NCBI GenBank assembly: GCA_003243965.1
Contig: QHBO01000045.1
Span: 38,552-102,551 of the forward strand
Reading direction: 5' to 3'
Origin: Chloroflexota bacterium
Lineage (GTDB): Bacteria > Chloroflexota > Limnocylindria > QHBO01
Length of the DNA stretch: 64,000 nt
Shown here: positions 8,720 to 18,513 of the stretch, in pieces
How positions within the stretch are numbered: position 1 is the first letter of the stretch
Layout: each line of letters starts with the position of its first letter
Position numbers and translations under genes: made by a program
The notes under the pieces: model-generated
What the model was told of the DNA's origin: nothing
Seen by the model: the letters and a program-made list of their open reading frames with translations, nothing else
The model's database searches: none

Positions 8720-10507
8720 TCAGTAGGTCCTCGGCTTGGGCGCGAAGCGCGTGACCGTCACCGGCTTGTAGGCGAGTCGCGGATCCCCCCCGGCGGGATC
8801 ACGAAACGCGAAGCTGTGCTTCAGCCACTTGACATCGTCGCGCTCCGGGTAGTCCTCGCGGGCGTGCGCGCCGCGGCTCTCCTGGCGCGCGGTGGCCGAG
8901 GCCACCGCCGCCTCGGCGCACTCCAGCAGGAACCCGAGCTCCAGGGCCTCGGATAGATCGGTGTTGTAGCGGCAGCCCTTGTCGTCGACGAACAGACGCT
9001 CGGCACGCCGCTTGAGCTCGCGCACCGTCTCCCGGCACTCGGTGAGCAGTCGCTCGGTCCGGTACACGCCGCACTTGACGAACATCACCTCCTGGAGCTC
9101 GGCGCGGATCACCGCCGGGCGCTCGCCCTCACGCGACGCGAGGAGGCCACCGACGATCGCCTGGACCGATGCCTCCCCAGCGAGGTCCGGCGCGGGCGGC
9201 GCCGCGGTCCGCAGATGTTCGGCCATGGCGATCCCGGCCCTTCGTCCGAAGACCAGGATGTCGAGCAGCGAGTTGGTGCCGAGCCGATTCGCACCGTGGA
9301 CGCTGACGCACGCGCACTCCCCCGCCGCGAACAGGCCGGGCACCGGCGTCCCTCGCTCATCGGCCTGCACGCGGCCGTCAATGTCGGTCGGGATGCCGCC
9401 CATCGCGTAGTGCGCGGTGGGCTGGATCGGGATCAGGTCGGTGAGCGGTTCGAGCTTGAAGTAGGTGCGCACGAACCCCGTCACGTCGGGGAGCTTGCGG
9501 TCGAGGATCTCCGAGCCGAGGTGGCGGACGTCGAGATGCACGTAGTCCTCGCCATTCACGCCTCGACCTGCGGCCACCTCCTGGTAGATCGCGCGGCTGA
9601 CGACGTCGCGACTGGCGAGATCCTTCATCGTCGGCGCGTAGCGCTCCATGAAGCGCTCGCCCTCACCGTTGAGCAGGATCCCTCCCTCGCCGCGGACCGC
9701 CTCGGAGAGGAGAAAGCCGAGTCGGTACATGCCGGTCGGGTGGAACTGGTACATCTCCATGTCCTCGAGGGGCACGCCGCGGCGGTAGGCGAGCGCCACC
9801 CCGTCGCCGGTGAGCGTGTGGGCATTCGAGGTCACCTTGAATATCTTTCCGAAGCCGCCGGTGGCGAGCAGGACCGCTCGCGCCCGGAAGCTGTGGATCT
9901 CGCCACTCGCCAGCTGGAGCGCCACCACCCCGCTCACCGGGCCGCCGGGGCCGAGGGGCATCGCCAGGTCGACGACCTGGAACTCGTCGTAGAAGGTGAC
10001 GCCGTGCTTGATGCACTGCTGGAACAGGGTCTGCAGGATGGCGTGCCCGGTGCGGTCGGCGGCGTAGCAGCTGCGGCGCACCGGGGCCTCGCCCTCGTTC
10101 CTGGTGTGCCCGCCGAAGCGCCGCTGGTCGATCAGCCCCTCGGGCGTCCGATTGAACGGCATTCCCAGGTGCTCGAGGTTGATGATCGTCTCCACCGCGT
10201 CGTGGCACATCACCTCGGCCGCGTCCTGGTCGACGAGGTAGTCCCCGCCCTTCACGGTGTCGAACCAGTGCCATTCCCAGTGGTCCTCCTCCGTGTTCCC
10301 AAGCGCTGCGCAGACGCCGCCCTGTGCGGCGCCGGTGTGCGAGCGCGACGGGTAGAGCTTGCTGATCACCGCCACGCGGGCCTCCGGCCCCAGGTCACGC
10401 TTCAGCTCCAGCGCCGCGTAGAGTCCCGCCCCGCCGGCACCGACCACCACCGCGTCGAGCTCGTGCACGTGGACACCCGGCGTGCGGAGCCCAAGCAGCG
10501 CGCTCAC
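8720..10507 (-). CDS. sdhA: succinate dehydrogenase flavoprotein subunit
   Basis: FAD-binding DAVVVGAGGAGLYAAL, the SHTGAAQGG covalent-FAD histidine region, and HPTGMY / RGEGG motifs. The long ORF (to 10858) reads through sdhD in another frame. The likely start is GTG at 10507 overlapping the sdhD stop (GTGA), with GTG at 10468 as an alternative. Confidence 0.9.
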   Translation of the reverse strand: MSALLGLRTPGVHVHELDAVVVGAGGAGLYAALELKRDLGPEARVAVISKLYPSRSHTGAAQGGVCAALGNTEEDHWEWHWFDTVKGGDYLVDQDAAEVMCHDAVETIINLEHLGMPFNRTPEGLIDQRRFGGHTRNEGEAPVRRSCYAADRTGHAILQTLFQQCIKHGVTFYDEFQVVDLAMPLGPGGPVSGVVALQLASGEIHSFRARAVLLATGGFGKIFKVTSNAHTLTGDGVALAYRRGVPLEDMEMYQFHPTGMYRLGFLLSEAVRGEGGILLNGEGERFMERYAPTMKDLASRDVVSRAIYQEVAAGRGVNGEDYVHLDVRHLGSEILDRKLPDVTGFVRTYFKLEPLTDLIPIQPTAHYAMGGIPTDIDGRVQADERGTPVPGLFAAGECACVSVHGANRLGTNSLLDILVFGRRAGIAMAEHLRTAAPPAPDLAGEASVQAIVGGLLASREGERPAVIRAELQEVMFVKCGVYRTERLLTECRETVRELKRRAERLFVDDKGCRYNTDLSEALELGFLLECAEAAVASATARQESRGAHAREDYPERDDVKWLKHSFAFRDPAGGDPRLAYKPVTVTRFAPKPRTY

Positions 10508-10941
10508 GAGAACGGGCCGACCCTGGGCGCCGTGGCGGGGTTGAAGAAGATGATCACGATCATGCCCAGCAGGACCCACAGCACGCTGATCACCACCAGC
10601 AGACCGATGAGCACCGCCCGCAGGCCGCCGCGCCGGACGTAGTCGCCGATCACGATCCGCGCCCCGTTGACTCCGTGCACCAGTGCCAGCAGCAGGAGCA
10701 ACAGGTCGTAGATGCGCCAGAACGGCGTCCCCCATCGGCTGCTGACGAACGCGAAGTCGATCTGCTTTCCCGCCAGCTGCACCAGCACGTGCATGATCAG
10801 CACGTGGCCGAGCGCCAGGAGCACCAGCAGCAGCCCGCTGATGCGCATGAAGTACCACATGAAGCGCTCGAAGCCCGCGTTCTCCGGCTGCGGGCGAGCG
10901 GCACGCGACGGGTTGAAGTAGATCGTGCGGCCGGTGCTCAT
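10504..10941 (-). CDS. sdhD: succinate dehydrogenase membrane anchor subunit (SdhD-like)
   Basis: 145 aa with three TM helices, placed between sdhC and sdhA. Confidence 0.7.
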   Translation of the reverse strand: MSTGRTIYFNPSRAARPQPENAGFERFMWYFMRISGLLLVLLALGHVLIMHVLVQLAGKQIDFAFVSSRWGTPFWRIYDLLLLLLALVHGVNGARIVIGDYVRRGGLRAVLIGLLVVISVLWVLLGMIVIIFFNPATAPRVGPFS

Positions 10942-10945
10942 CGGC

Positions 10946-11343
10946 TCAACGCCCTCCCCAGGGCGCGTAGGGGGTGATCATGATCAGCCCGATCGGGACC
11001 ATGCAGATGATCGTGGCGGCGACCACGCCGTAGGTCAGCGACCGATAGTGGACCGTGGTCCGCGGCCAGAAGTCCATGACGATCACCCGCAGGCCGTTGA
11101 GCGAGTGGTAGACCACCGCGGCCATCAGCAGGATCTCGCCGAGGCGCGCCGGCAGGTTGCGGTAGAAGCCCTGCGTGAAGTTGTAGGCGCCCGGGCCGAG
11201 CGCAACCGTGGACGTCTCGACGATGTGCGCGAACAAGAACGCCAACACCCCGATTCCCGAGAGCCGATGCCCCGCCCAGGCAAGCTGCGCCCACGAGATC
11301 CGGTATCGAAGGATCCGGGTCTGGAGCCCGGCCAGAAGGGTCA
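10946..11343 (-). CDS. sdhC: succinate dehydrogenase cytochrome b subunit (SdhC-like)
   Basis: Heme-binding TM protein (RILRYRISWAQLAWAGHRLSGIGVLAFLFAHI). The likely start is TTG at 11343, with a GGAGA RBS 6 nt upstream. The ORF-track version (to 11494) carries a long Arg-rich N-terminal extension that is probably not translated. Confidence 0.7.
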
Positions 11344-11456
11344 ATCGGCGTCTCCGAAAGCTGGACCGATCTTCCCGCGCGCGGGAACGGCGCGTGTCGT
11401 CGGGGTGCGCCGATTCTAGCGGTTGCGAGCGAGGGTGGCGCTTGCGCGGGACTCGC

Positions 11457-12470
11457 TCAGCGGGCGTCTCGGACCCGCTCTGCCACCGCCGCACCGAAGG
11501 CCTGCGTCCCGGCCGTACCGCCGAGATCGTAGGTCACCGTCCGCCCTTCGGCGATGACCGCCCGGGTGGCACCCTCCACCGTGTCGGCCACGGCCGTTTC
11601 GCCGAGATGGCGGAGCATGAGCGCGGCCGACAGGATCAACGCCGTCGGGTTTGCGCGGTCCTGCCCGGCGTACTTCGGGGCGGACCCGTGGACCGGCTCG
11701 AAGACCGCCGCCCGGTCCCCGATGTTCGCCCCGGGCGCGACGCCCAGACCGCCCACCAGGCCGGCGGCCAGGTCGCTGACGATATCGCCGTACAGGTTCG
11801 GCAGGACCAGCACGTCGTACAGCTCCGGCTTCTGGACGAGCTGCATGCACATGTTGTCGACGATCCGGTCCTCGAACGCGACCCGCCCGTCGTACTCGGC
11901 GGCGATCTGCTGGCAGCTCTCCAGGAAGAGGCCGTCGGACAGCTTCATGATGTTCGCCTTGTGCACCGCCGTCACCTTGCGCCGCCCGTTGCGCACGGCA
12001 TGCTCGAACGCGTAGCGGGCGATCCGCTGGCTCGCGCCACGGGTGATGATCTTGATGCTCTCCGCCGCATCCGGTCCGACCCGGTGCTCGATCCCGGCGT
12101 ACAGATCTTCGGTGTTCTCGCGGACGATGACCAGGTCGACGTCGGTGTACCGGGTCTTGACGCCGACCAGGCTGCGCGCCGGGCGCACGTTGGCGTACAG
12201 CTCGAGGGCCTGGCGGAGCCCGACGTTGACGCTCCGGAACCCGCTCCCGATCGGGGTTGTGATCGGTCCCTTGAGCGCGACACCGGTGCGGCGGATGCTG
12301 TCGATGACCCGCTCGGGCAGCGGCGTTCCCTCCGTGGCGATGGTCGCCTCGCCGGCGAGCTGGATATCCCAGTCGAAGACGAGGCCTGTCGCCTCCAGGA
12401 CATTCCGGGTGGCATCCGCGAGCTCGGGGCCGATCCCGTCACCGGGGATCAGGGTCACGGCATAGCTCAT
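11457..12470 (-). CDS. NAD-dependent isocitrate dehydrogenase-like (isocitrate/isopropylmalate dehydrogenase family)
   Basis: 337 aa starting [17 protein letters not shown]. The motif [18 protein letters not shown] is closer to the IDH/HICDH signature than to LeuB. TCA neighbours (sdh, sucCD) favour IDH. Family membership is certain; substrate is inferred. Confidence 0.6.
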   Translation of the reverse strand: MSYAVTLIPGDGIGPELADATRNVLEATGLVFDWDIQLAGEATIATEGTPLPERVIDSIRRTGVALKGPITTPIGSGFRSVNVGLRQALELYANVRPARSLVGVKTRYTDVDLVIVRENTEDLYAGIEHRVGPDAAESIKIITRGASQRIARYAFEHAVRNGRRKVTAVHKANIMKLSDGLFLESCQQIAAEYDGRVAFEDRIVDNMCMQLVQKPELYDVLVLPNLYGDIVSDLAAGLVGGLGVAPGANIGDRAAVFEPVHGSAPKYAGQDRANPTALILSAALMLRHLGETAVADTVEGATRAVIAEGRTVTYDLGGTAGTQAFGAAVAERVRDAR

Positions 12471-12603
12471 CAGTTCTCCGCTGTCGCGCCGGTCACAGCG
12501 CCGGCGTGCGAGGCAAGTGTAGGGCGCCGCGGCGGGAGCGCCCGACGCGCGGCGGCTACAATCGGTCTCCCGTTCGCCCACCCACCTCGATGGAGACTTG
12601 CGC

Positions 12604-13740
12604 GTGAAGCTGCAGGAGTACCGCAGCAAGGAGATCCTTGCGCGCCACGGCGTTTCCCTGCTCGCCGGACAGGTGGCCGACACGCCCGAAGAGGCACGCG
12701 CAGCCGCAGAGCGGATCGGCGGACCGGTCGTGGTCAAGGCCCAGGTCCTCGTCGGCGGGAGGGGAAAGGCCGGCGGAGTGAAGCTGGCCTCGGACCCGGG
12801 CGAGGCTGAGGCGCGCGCCCGCGAGATCCTCGGGATGCGCATCAAGGGCGTCAGCGTGCGAAAGGTCCTCGTCGCGCCCGCCGCCGACATCGAGCGGGAG
12901 TTCTACCTTGGCCTGATCCTCGACCGCGGCGCCAAGGCGATCATCGCCATCGCCTCGGCCGAGGGCGGGGTGGAGATCGAGGAGACGGCCAGGAACAACC
13001 CCGACGCGATCCTCCGCATCGGCCTGCACCCTCTCATCGGTCTGCAGGAGCACCAGGTCAGGCGGGTCGCCTTCCGCCTCGGGGTCCCCGCGGAGCTGCG
13101 GCCCGACTTCGCGACCGTGTTTCGCGGCTTGTATGCCGCCTTCATTGCCTCGGATGCCGACCTGGCGGAGATCAACCCGCTGGTCATCACCCGCGATGGC
13201 GCCCTCCTCGCGCTGGATGCCAAGATCGTGCTGGACGACTCGGCACTGTATCGCCATCCGGAGCTCGAGGCGCTCCGCGATCTCGATGAGGAGGAGCCGT
13301 CGGAGATCGCCGCGCGCGAGGCGGGGATCAACTTCATCAAGCTCGACGGGACGATCGGCTGCATGGTCAATGGGGCCGGCCTGGCGATGACCACCATGGA
13401 CCTCGTCAAGCTGGCCGGCGGAGAGCCGGCGAACTTCCTCGACATCGGCGGCGGCGCGAAGGCGGAGCGCGTGGCCGCGGCGTTCCGCATCATCCTCGAC
13501 GATCCGCGGGTTCAGGCGATCCTGGTCAACATCTTCGGCGGCATCACCCGCGGCGACGAGGTCGCGCGGGGTATCGTCGAGGCCCGTCAGACCCTCAGCC
13601 GCCAGGTACCGATGGTGGTTCGCATCGTCGGCACCAATGCCGAGGAGGCGCGGCCAATCCTGGCCGAGGCGAACCTGATCACGGCCTCCAGCCTGGACGA
13701 GGCGGCCGAGAGGGCGGTCGCCGCGGTTCGCACCGGATGA
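12604..13740 (+). CDS. sucC: succinyl-CoA synthetase beta subunit
   Basis: ATP-grasp domain plus CoA-ligase domain ([12 protein letters not shown]...; [18 protein letters not shown]). Start is GTG at 12604 with GGAGA 7 nt upstream (TTG at 12598 is the alternative). A TACAAT -10-like hexamer sits at ~12557. Confidence 0.9.
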   Translation: MKLQEYRSKEILARHGVSLLAGQVADTPEEARAAAERIGGPVVVKAQVLVGGRGKAGGVKLASDPGEAEARAREILGMRIKGVSVRKVLVAPAADIEREFYLGLILDRGAKAIIAIASAEGGVEIEETARNNPDAILRIGLHPLIGLQEHQVRRVAFRLGVPAELRPDFATVFRGLYAAFIASDADLAEINPLVITRDGALLALDAKIVLDDSALYRHPELEALRDLDEEEPSEIAAREAGINFIKLDGTIGCMVNGAGLAMTTMDLVKLAGGEPANFLDIGGGAKAERVAAAFRIILDDPRVQAILVNIFGGITRGDEVARGIVEARQTLSRQVPMVVRIVGTNAEEARPILAEANLITASSLDEAAERAVAAVRTG

Positions 13741-14615
13741 GCATCCTGGTCGACGCCGGCACTCGCCTCCTGGTCCAGGGGATCACCGGCCGCGAGGGCG
13801 AGTTCCACTCTCGGGCGATGCTGGAGTACGGCACGCCGATCGTCGCCGGGGTCACTCCCGGGAAGGGCGGCCAGGCGGCGGTCGACGGCCGCGTCCCGGT
13901 CTTCGACACCGTTGAGCAGGCCGTCCGCGACACCGGCGCCAACGCGAGCTGCATCTTCGTTCCGGCGCCGTTCGCGCCCGACGCGATCCTCGAGGCCGCC
14001 GAGAGCGGCATCGGGCTGATCTTCTGCATCACCGAGGGGATTCCCGCGCTCGACATGGTCCCCGTGTACCACGTCCTGAAGAGCCGGAGCGTGCGGCTGA
14101 TCGGCCCGAACTGTCCGGGAGCAACCTCGCCCGGATCGGCGAAGGTGGGGATCATCCCGGGCAGCATCCATCGTCCAGGCTCGGTGGGACTGGTGAGCCG
14201 TTCGGGAACGCTGACCTACGAGGTGGTGCAGGCGATGACCGATGCCGGCATCGGTCAGTCGACGTGCGTGGGCATCGGTGGCGACCCGATCATCGGCACC
14301 AGCTTCATCGAGGTGCTGGATCTCTTCAACCAGGACCCGGATACGGATGCGATCGTGCTCATCGGCGAGATCGGCGGTGAGGAGGAGGAGCACGCCGCTG
14401 CGTTCGTCGCCCGCGAGATCCGCAAGCCGATGGCCGCCTTCATCGCGGGTCGCACGGCTCCGCCCGGGCGACGGATGGGGCACGCGGGCGCCATCATCTC
14501 CGGCAGCGCCGGGACGGCCGAGGCGAAGCGCCAGGCGCTCGAGCTGGCGGGGGTCCGGGTGGCCGACTCCCCGTCCCACATCCCGCAGCTGCTGCGCGAC
14601 GCCGGCGCCGGCTGA
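13737..14615 (+). CDS. sucD: succinyl-CoA synthetase alpha subunit
   Basis: 292 aa with a CoA-binding region ([13 protein letters not shown]) and a phosphohistidine loop (GHAGAII). The ATGA start overlaps the sucC stop. Confidence 0.9.
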   Translation: MSILVDAGTRLLVQGITGREGEFHSRAMLEYGTPIVAGVTPGKGGQAAVDGRVPVFDTVEQAVRDTGANASCIFVPAPFAPDAILEAAESGIGLIFCITEGIPALDMVPVYHVLKSRSVRLIGPNCPGATSPGSAKVGIIPGSIHRPGSVGLVSRSGTLTYEVVQAMTDAGIGQSTCVGIGGDPIIGTSFIEVLDLFNQDPDTDAIVLIGEIGGEEEEHAAAFVAREIRKPMAAFIAGRTAPPGRRMGHAGAIISGSAGTAEAKRQALELAGVRVADSPSHIPQLLRDAGAG

Positions 14616-14633
14616 CCCCGGCCCAGCCGCGGC

Positions 14634-17600
14634 TCAGCGACCGGCGGAGAGGCGGTCGAGCGCATCGAGCTCGCCGAGCTCGTCAAGGGTGCGCTCGCCG
14701 ACGGCCACCAGCGCCTCGTCACCGACCAGCTGTCCGAGCTCGCGCTGCACGCGCGCCAGGTACCTGCCGGCGCCGATCTGCTCGAAGGTCGCCAGGCTGG
14801 CGCGCAGCTCGCCGGGGTCCGCGCGCAGGAGGCCGCGCAGACGCCGCGCCTGCGCCTCGAGGACCCGGTACCGATGCGTAACCGCGCGCTCCACGACCGC
14901 GTCGACGGCGTCGTTCGGGACCGCGAGGGCGCGATCGGCCGCCATCGCCACCGCGTGCTCGACGTAGTGGGCGCGGTCTGGGTAGCGCTCGGCGCGGATG
15001 ACGATCGACACCAGCCCGTCGAGGTCGAGTCGCGGCATCGCCATCAGGGCCGCGACCGGGTGGTCGGGCGCGAAGCGGCCGACGATCTCCGCGGCGACAT
15101 CGGTCCAGCGCTCGAGCCTGCCCTCATCGCCCCGGTTGCGCGCCCAGTCGATGCCGCTCAAGAAGCCCTGGAGGCCGTAGCTGGCCGCCGGTCGCTCCGC
15201 CGCCACCCAGCGCGCGCAGAGCTGGTCGACATCGTGGGCGACCACCTCCCAGCGACCGATCAGCGCCGAGGCGTAGGCGTGCCAGGAGCCACCACCCATC
15301 GAGAAGCCGACGTTCTGGCCGGGCTGCGTGAGCTCGATCGCCTCCTCGCTCGCGCTGAGTGCCGGCGGAAAGTCGCCCATCAGCGCGCTGAACCAGGCGA
15401 CCATGTTCAGCGCGTCGAGCCGCTCGTCGGAAGGCAGGCGGCGTCCCATCGCCACGCGGCGTTCGGACAGACGGCGGGCGCTCGCCGGATCGGTGGCCTG
15501 ATCGGGTGACGTCAGGGCGTCGATGGCGGCGCTGATGAGCTCGGGATCATCGAGCTGCTCGGCGATGGCAAGCCCTTCCTCACTGGACGCCCGGGCATCG
15601 GCGACGTCCGCGGCGGTCGGTGAGCGGATGGCCGCATTGCGCAGCCAGAACGGGAGGAATCCGCGCGCGATCAGGAACCGGGCACGTGCCGCCGGATCTG
15701 CCTCGGGCAGCCAGGCCCGGCCCTGCTCGAGGAGCGTCGTCATCCCCTCGAGGGTCGGCTGACGCGCGACCGAGGCAAACCAGCGCGTGGTGACGATGAT
15801 CTGCTGCGACAGGTTGTGGAGCAAAAAGTCCACCGACCGACCCTCCGCCGACCCCACGCGCCATGCCGATTCGAAGGCGCTGATCGACGGGTCGCCCGAG
15901 CCGTAGACCTCGCCGAGCCGCTGGAAGAGGTCCGGCCGCTCCGAGCTCGGAGCGAGCTCGATCGCGGCTCGCAGGTGTGCCGCCGCCTCCGCCATGCCAC
16001 GTGCCCCGGCGGCCACATCGGCGGCCCGCCGCAGCCAGGTCACCGCGCTGGCCGCGATCTCGGGGTCCGGCGCTCCCATGGCGGCCCCGAGCCCGGCCGC
16101 CTCACGGAAGTGGAAGGCCACGAGTTCCGCGAGCTCGTCCTCGCGGCCGTCCGCAGCCGATGTTTCCAGCCAGTGGCCGGCGGCCGCGTGGTGCCCGGCG
16201 CGCTCGACGCGCGGCAGGGTTCCGTACGCAACGTCGCGGATGAGGATGTGCCGGAAACTCAGCTCTCCGTGGGCGGCAGGACGCAACATCTCGCGCTCGA
16301 TGAGGCGCTCGACGGCCGCGCCGAGGTCGCCAGCGATGGCCGGCTCGAGCGCCGCGACCGCGGAGGCAGCGAATCCACGCCCCAGCACCGCGCCAAGCTG
16401 GAGCACGCGGCGCGCGGCGGGATCGAGCGCATCGAGACGGGCGAGGACGGTGGCCTGGACCGTGTCCGGCAGACCCGCGGCGACGGCCTCGATGGCCGCC
16501 GGATTGTGGAGGTCGATCCCACGTTCGATGAGCGACCGCACGATCTCGCCGGCGTAGAACGGGTTCCCCTCGGATCGCTGGACGACGACCGGCAGCAGCT
16601 CCGGCGATGGGCCGTCGAGGATGTTCTGGATGAGCAACTCGATCGAGCCGGAGTCGAGCGGCTCGAGCGCCATCAGCACGTGGTTGCGGCGGCCGGCGCC
16701 AAACGTCGTCCGTCGCTCCAGCAGCTCCGGCCGGGTGAGGGCGAGCATGAGCATCGGCGAATCGCCGCGCGGCTGGAGGATGAACTCGATGAGGTCGAGC
16801 AGGCTGTCGCTCGACCAGTGGAGATCCTCGACGAGCAGGACGAGCGGCCGCTGCGCCGCCGCGGCCTCGAGCGTCGTGCGCCAGGCGCTGAATAGCGCCG
16901 ATCGGTCGATGGCATCGGTCTCCGATGCCCCGATCGTGGCGGCCAGCAGGTCGGCCGTCTCGGCCGGGTCGTCGGCGCCAGCCTCCGTCAGCCAGGCGGT
17001 TGCGCGCCGCCGAACCTCGTCCGACGCGGCGTCGTCCGGCAACGCGAGCAGCCCCAGCAGGAGCGCACGCATCGGCCAGTAGGTCAGGCGCTGGCCATAC
17101 GGCAGGCACTGCGCGATCGCGATCTGCGCCTCCGGCGCAAACGCCCGGATCCGTGCGAGGAACTCCTCGACCAGGCGGCTCTTGCCGGTTCCCGCCGGCG
17201 CGATGAGGCTGACGAGGTAGGGGCGGCGCTCGCTGAACGCACGACGCGCAACGAGGTCGAGCTGCGCCAGGTCGGCGTCGCGACCCACGAGCGGCGCACG
17301 ACGACGCTCCGCCACCGCGTGCCCGAGCACCGGCCGAGCCGCGAGCGCCAACGCCTTGCCCTTGAGATCAAGCTCCTGGACCGGTCCGAAGCCATACGCG
17401 TCCCCCGCCGCGCTCGCGGTTCGCACGCTGGCGAGGACCTGCCATGGCTCGGCGGCCTGCTGGAGCCGCGCCGCGACGTTCACCGCGTCGCCGGTGACGA
17501 TGAAGTCCGCTCGCGCCTGGTCGCGGCTGGCGACGACCTCGCCGGTGTTGATCCCGATTCGGATCGGGAGCCGGTCCGCGAGCGTCGCGTCGGCCTGCAC

Positions 17601-17861
17601 GGCATCGCGCAGCTCGAGCGCGGCATCGATCGCGCGGCGCGCGTCGTCGTCGTGCGCCATGGGAAGGCCGAAGATGGCCATCGCCGCGTCGCCGATGAAC
17701 TTCTCGAGCGTGCCGGCGCGGCTCTCGATCACCTGCCGAGCGATGTCGTAGAAGCGCGAGAGGAGGTGACGCAGGTCCTCCGGGTCGAGCGACTCGCCGA
17801 GGGCGGTGGAGCCGACCACGTCGGCGAACAGCACGGTCACCAGGCGCCGCTCGTCAGGCAT
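14634..17861 (-). CDS. multidomain signalling protein: class III adenylate/guanylate cyclase + STAND (AAA_16) ATPase + TPR-like helical repeats
   Basis: The N-terminal cyclase domain shows LVTVLFADVVGSTAL ... FIGDAAMAIFG ... IRIGINTGEVV. A Walker A follows (LIAPAGTGKSRLV), then ~650 aa of helical repeats. No HTH was seen at the C-terminus. Start taken as ATG 17861 (MPDERRL); upstream in-frame ATGs exist. Confidence 0.8.
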   Translation of the reverse strand: MPDERRLVTVLFADVVGSTALGESLDPEDLRHLLSRFYDIARQVIESRAGTLEKFIGDAAMAIFGLPMAHDDDARRAIDAALELRDAVQADATLADRLPIRIGINTGEVVASRDQARADFIVTGDAVNVAARLQQAAEPWQVLASVRTASAAGDAYGFGPVQELDLKGKALALAARPVLGHAVAERRRAPLVGRDADLAQLDLVARRAFSERRPYLVSLIAPAGTGKSRLVEEFLARIRAFAPEAQIAIAQCLPYGQRLTYWPMRALLLGLLALPDDAASDEVRRRATAWLTEAGADDPAETADLLAATIGASETDAIDRSALFSAWRTTLEAAAAQRPLVLLVEDLHWSSDSLLDLIEFILQPRGDSPMLMLALTRPELLERRTTFGAGRRNHVLMALEPLDSGSIELLIQNILDGPSPELLPVVVQRSEGNPFYAGEIVRSLIERGIDLHNPAAIEAVAAGLPDTVQATVLARLDALDPAARRVLQLGAVLGRGFAASAVAALEPAIAGDLGAAVERLIEREMLRPAAHGELSFRHILIRDVAYGTLPRVERAGHHAAAGHWLETSAADGREDELAELVAFHFREAAGLGAAMGAPDPEIAASAVTWLRRAADVAAGARGMAEAAAHLRAAIELAPSSERPDLFQRLGEVYGSGDPSISAFESAWRVGSAEGRSVDFLLHNLSQQIIVTTRWFASVARQPTLEGMTTLLEQGRAWLPEADPAARARFLIARGFLPFWLRNAAIRSPTAADVADARASSEEGLAIAEQLDDPELISAAIDALTSPDQATDPASARRLSERRVAMGRRLPSDERLDALNMVAWFSALMGDFPPALSASEEAIELTQPGQNVGFSMGGGSWHAYASALIGRWEVVAHDVDQLCARWVAAERPAASYGLQGFLSGIDWARNRGDEGRLERWTDVAAEIVGRFAPDHPVAALMAMPRLDLDGLVSIVIRAERYPDRAHYVEHAVAMAADRALAVPNDAVDAVVERAVTHRYRVLEAQARRLRGLLRADPGELRASLATFEQIGAGRYLARVQRELGQLVGDEALVAVGERTLDELGELDALDRLSAGR

Positions 17862-18030
17862 GGGCGGCCAGCGCGAACGGGACGCCGGACCCCACCGGCC
17901 GCCCGACCCCCCGGTCATCGACGAGCGCCATCGGCGGCTCGAGATCACACTCGTCGAGCGACCGCAGCCAGGCGCGACCGCGAGCGAGGAGCAGGCGATC
18001 CGGGATCGGCTGTCGGAGCTCGGCCATCCG

Positions 18031-18513
18031 CTATCTCACCTCATTCGTGCCGCGGGCATCGGTGAGCTCCCACAGGACGCCATCCAGCGTGCGCGGATGG
18101 ACGAACGCGACCAGGCCCTCTGCCCCCGCACGAGGCGCCGTATCGATCAGCTCCGCAGCATGCGTCGCCAGATACGCCAGCTCATCCGACACCGAGCCAA
18201 CCACGAAGCAGACGTGGTGGAGCCCCCCGCCGCGCTGAGCGAGATAGCGCGCCACGCCGCTCTCCGCGTCGAGCGGCTCGATGAGCTCCAGGCGAGCGGC
18301 GGGCGGCCGGCCGGTGGGCAGCAGGCAGAGACGGACCCCCTGCGCCTCGAGGACCTGCGGCGCCGCATCCGGCGCCAGGCCGAACAGCTCGCCGTATCGC
18401 GGAAGCGACTTCTCGATCGAGCGCACCACGATCCCGACGTGGTGGACCGGCCCAATCGGACTGCGGCGGTCGGCCGGTTCGCGCTCCACCGTCACTCGCG
18501 GTGCTCCCCCCAC
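18031..18513 (-). CDS. methylmalonyl-CoA epimerase (VOC/glyoxalase family)
   Basis: ~150 aa VOC fold ([14 protein letters not shown] ... LHHVCFVV), directly downstream of the methylmalonyl-CoA mutase gene. The exact start is uncertain: the ORF overlaps the mutase 3' end by 22 nt. Confidence 0.6.
   Translation of the reverse strand: MGGAPRVTVEREPADRRSPIGPVHHVGIVVRSIEKSLPRYGELFGLAPDAAPQVLEAQGVRLCLLPTGRPPAARLELIEPLDAESGVARYLAQRGGGLHHVCFVVGSVSDELAYLATHAAELIDTAPRAGAEGLVAFVHPRTLDGVLWELTDARGTNEVR

Noticed and set aside
9215-10642. 475-aa + strand ORF antisense to sdhA
   Set aside because: GC-driven antisense ORF with no domain signature; sdhA on the minus strand is unambiguous.
10508-10858. N-terminal 117-aa extension of the sdhA ORF
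   Set aside because: It reads through sdhD in a different frame. The FAD-binding fold begins right after the proposed GTG start that overlaps the sdhD stop.
11208-12809. 533-aa + strand ORF spanning the IDH gene and the divergent promoter
   Set aside because: It crosses an intergenic promoter region and overlaps IDH antisense; the translation is low-complexity.
13587-14579. 330-aa minus-strand ORF antisense to sucD
   Set aside because: Mirror ORF of a bona fide sucD; composition is Arg/Asp/His-rich junk.
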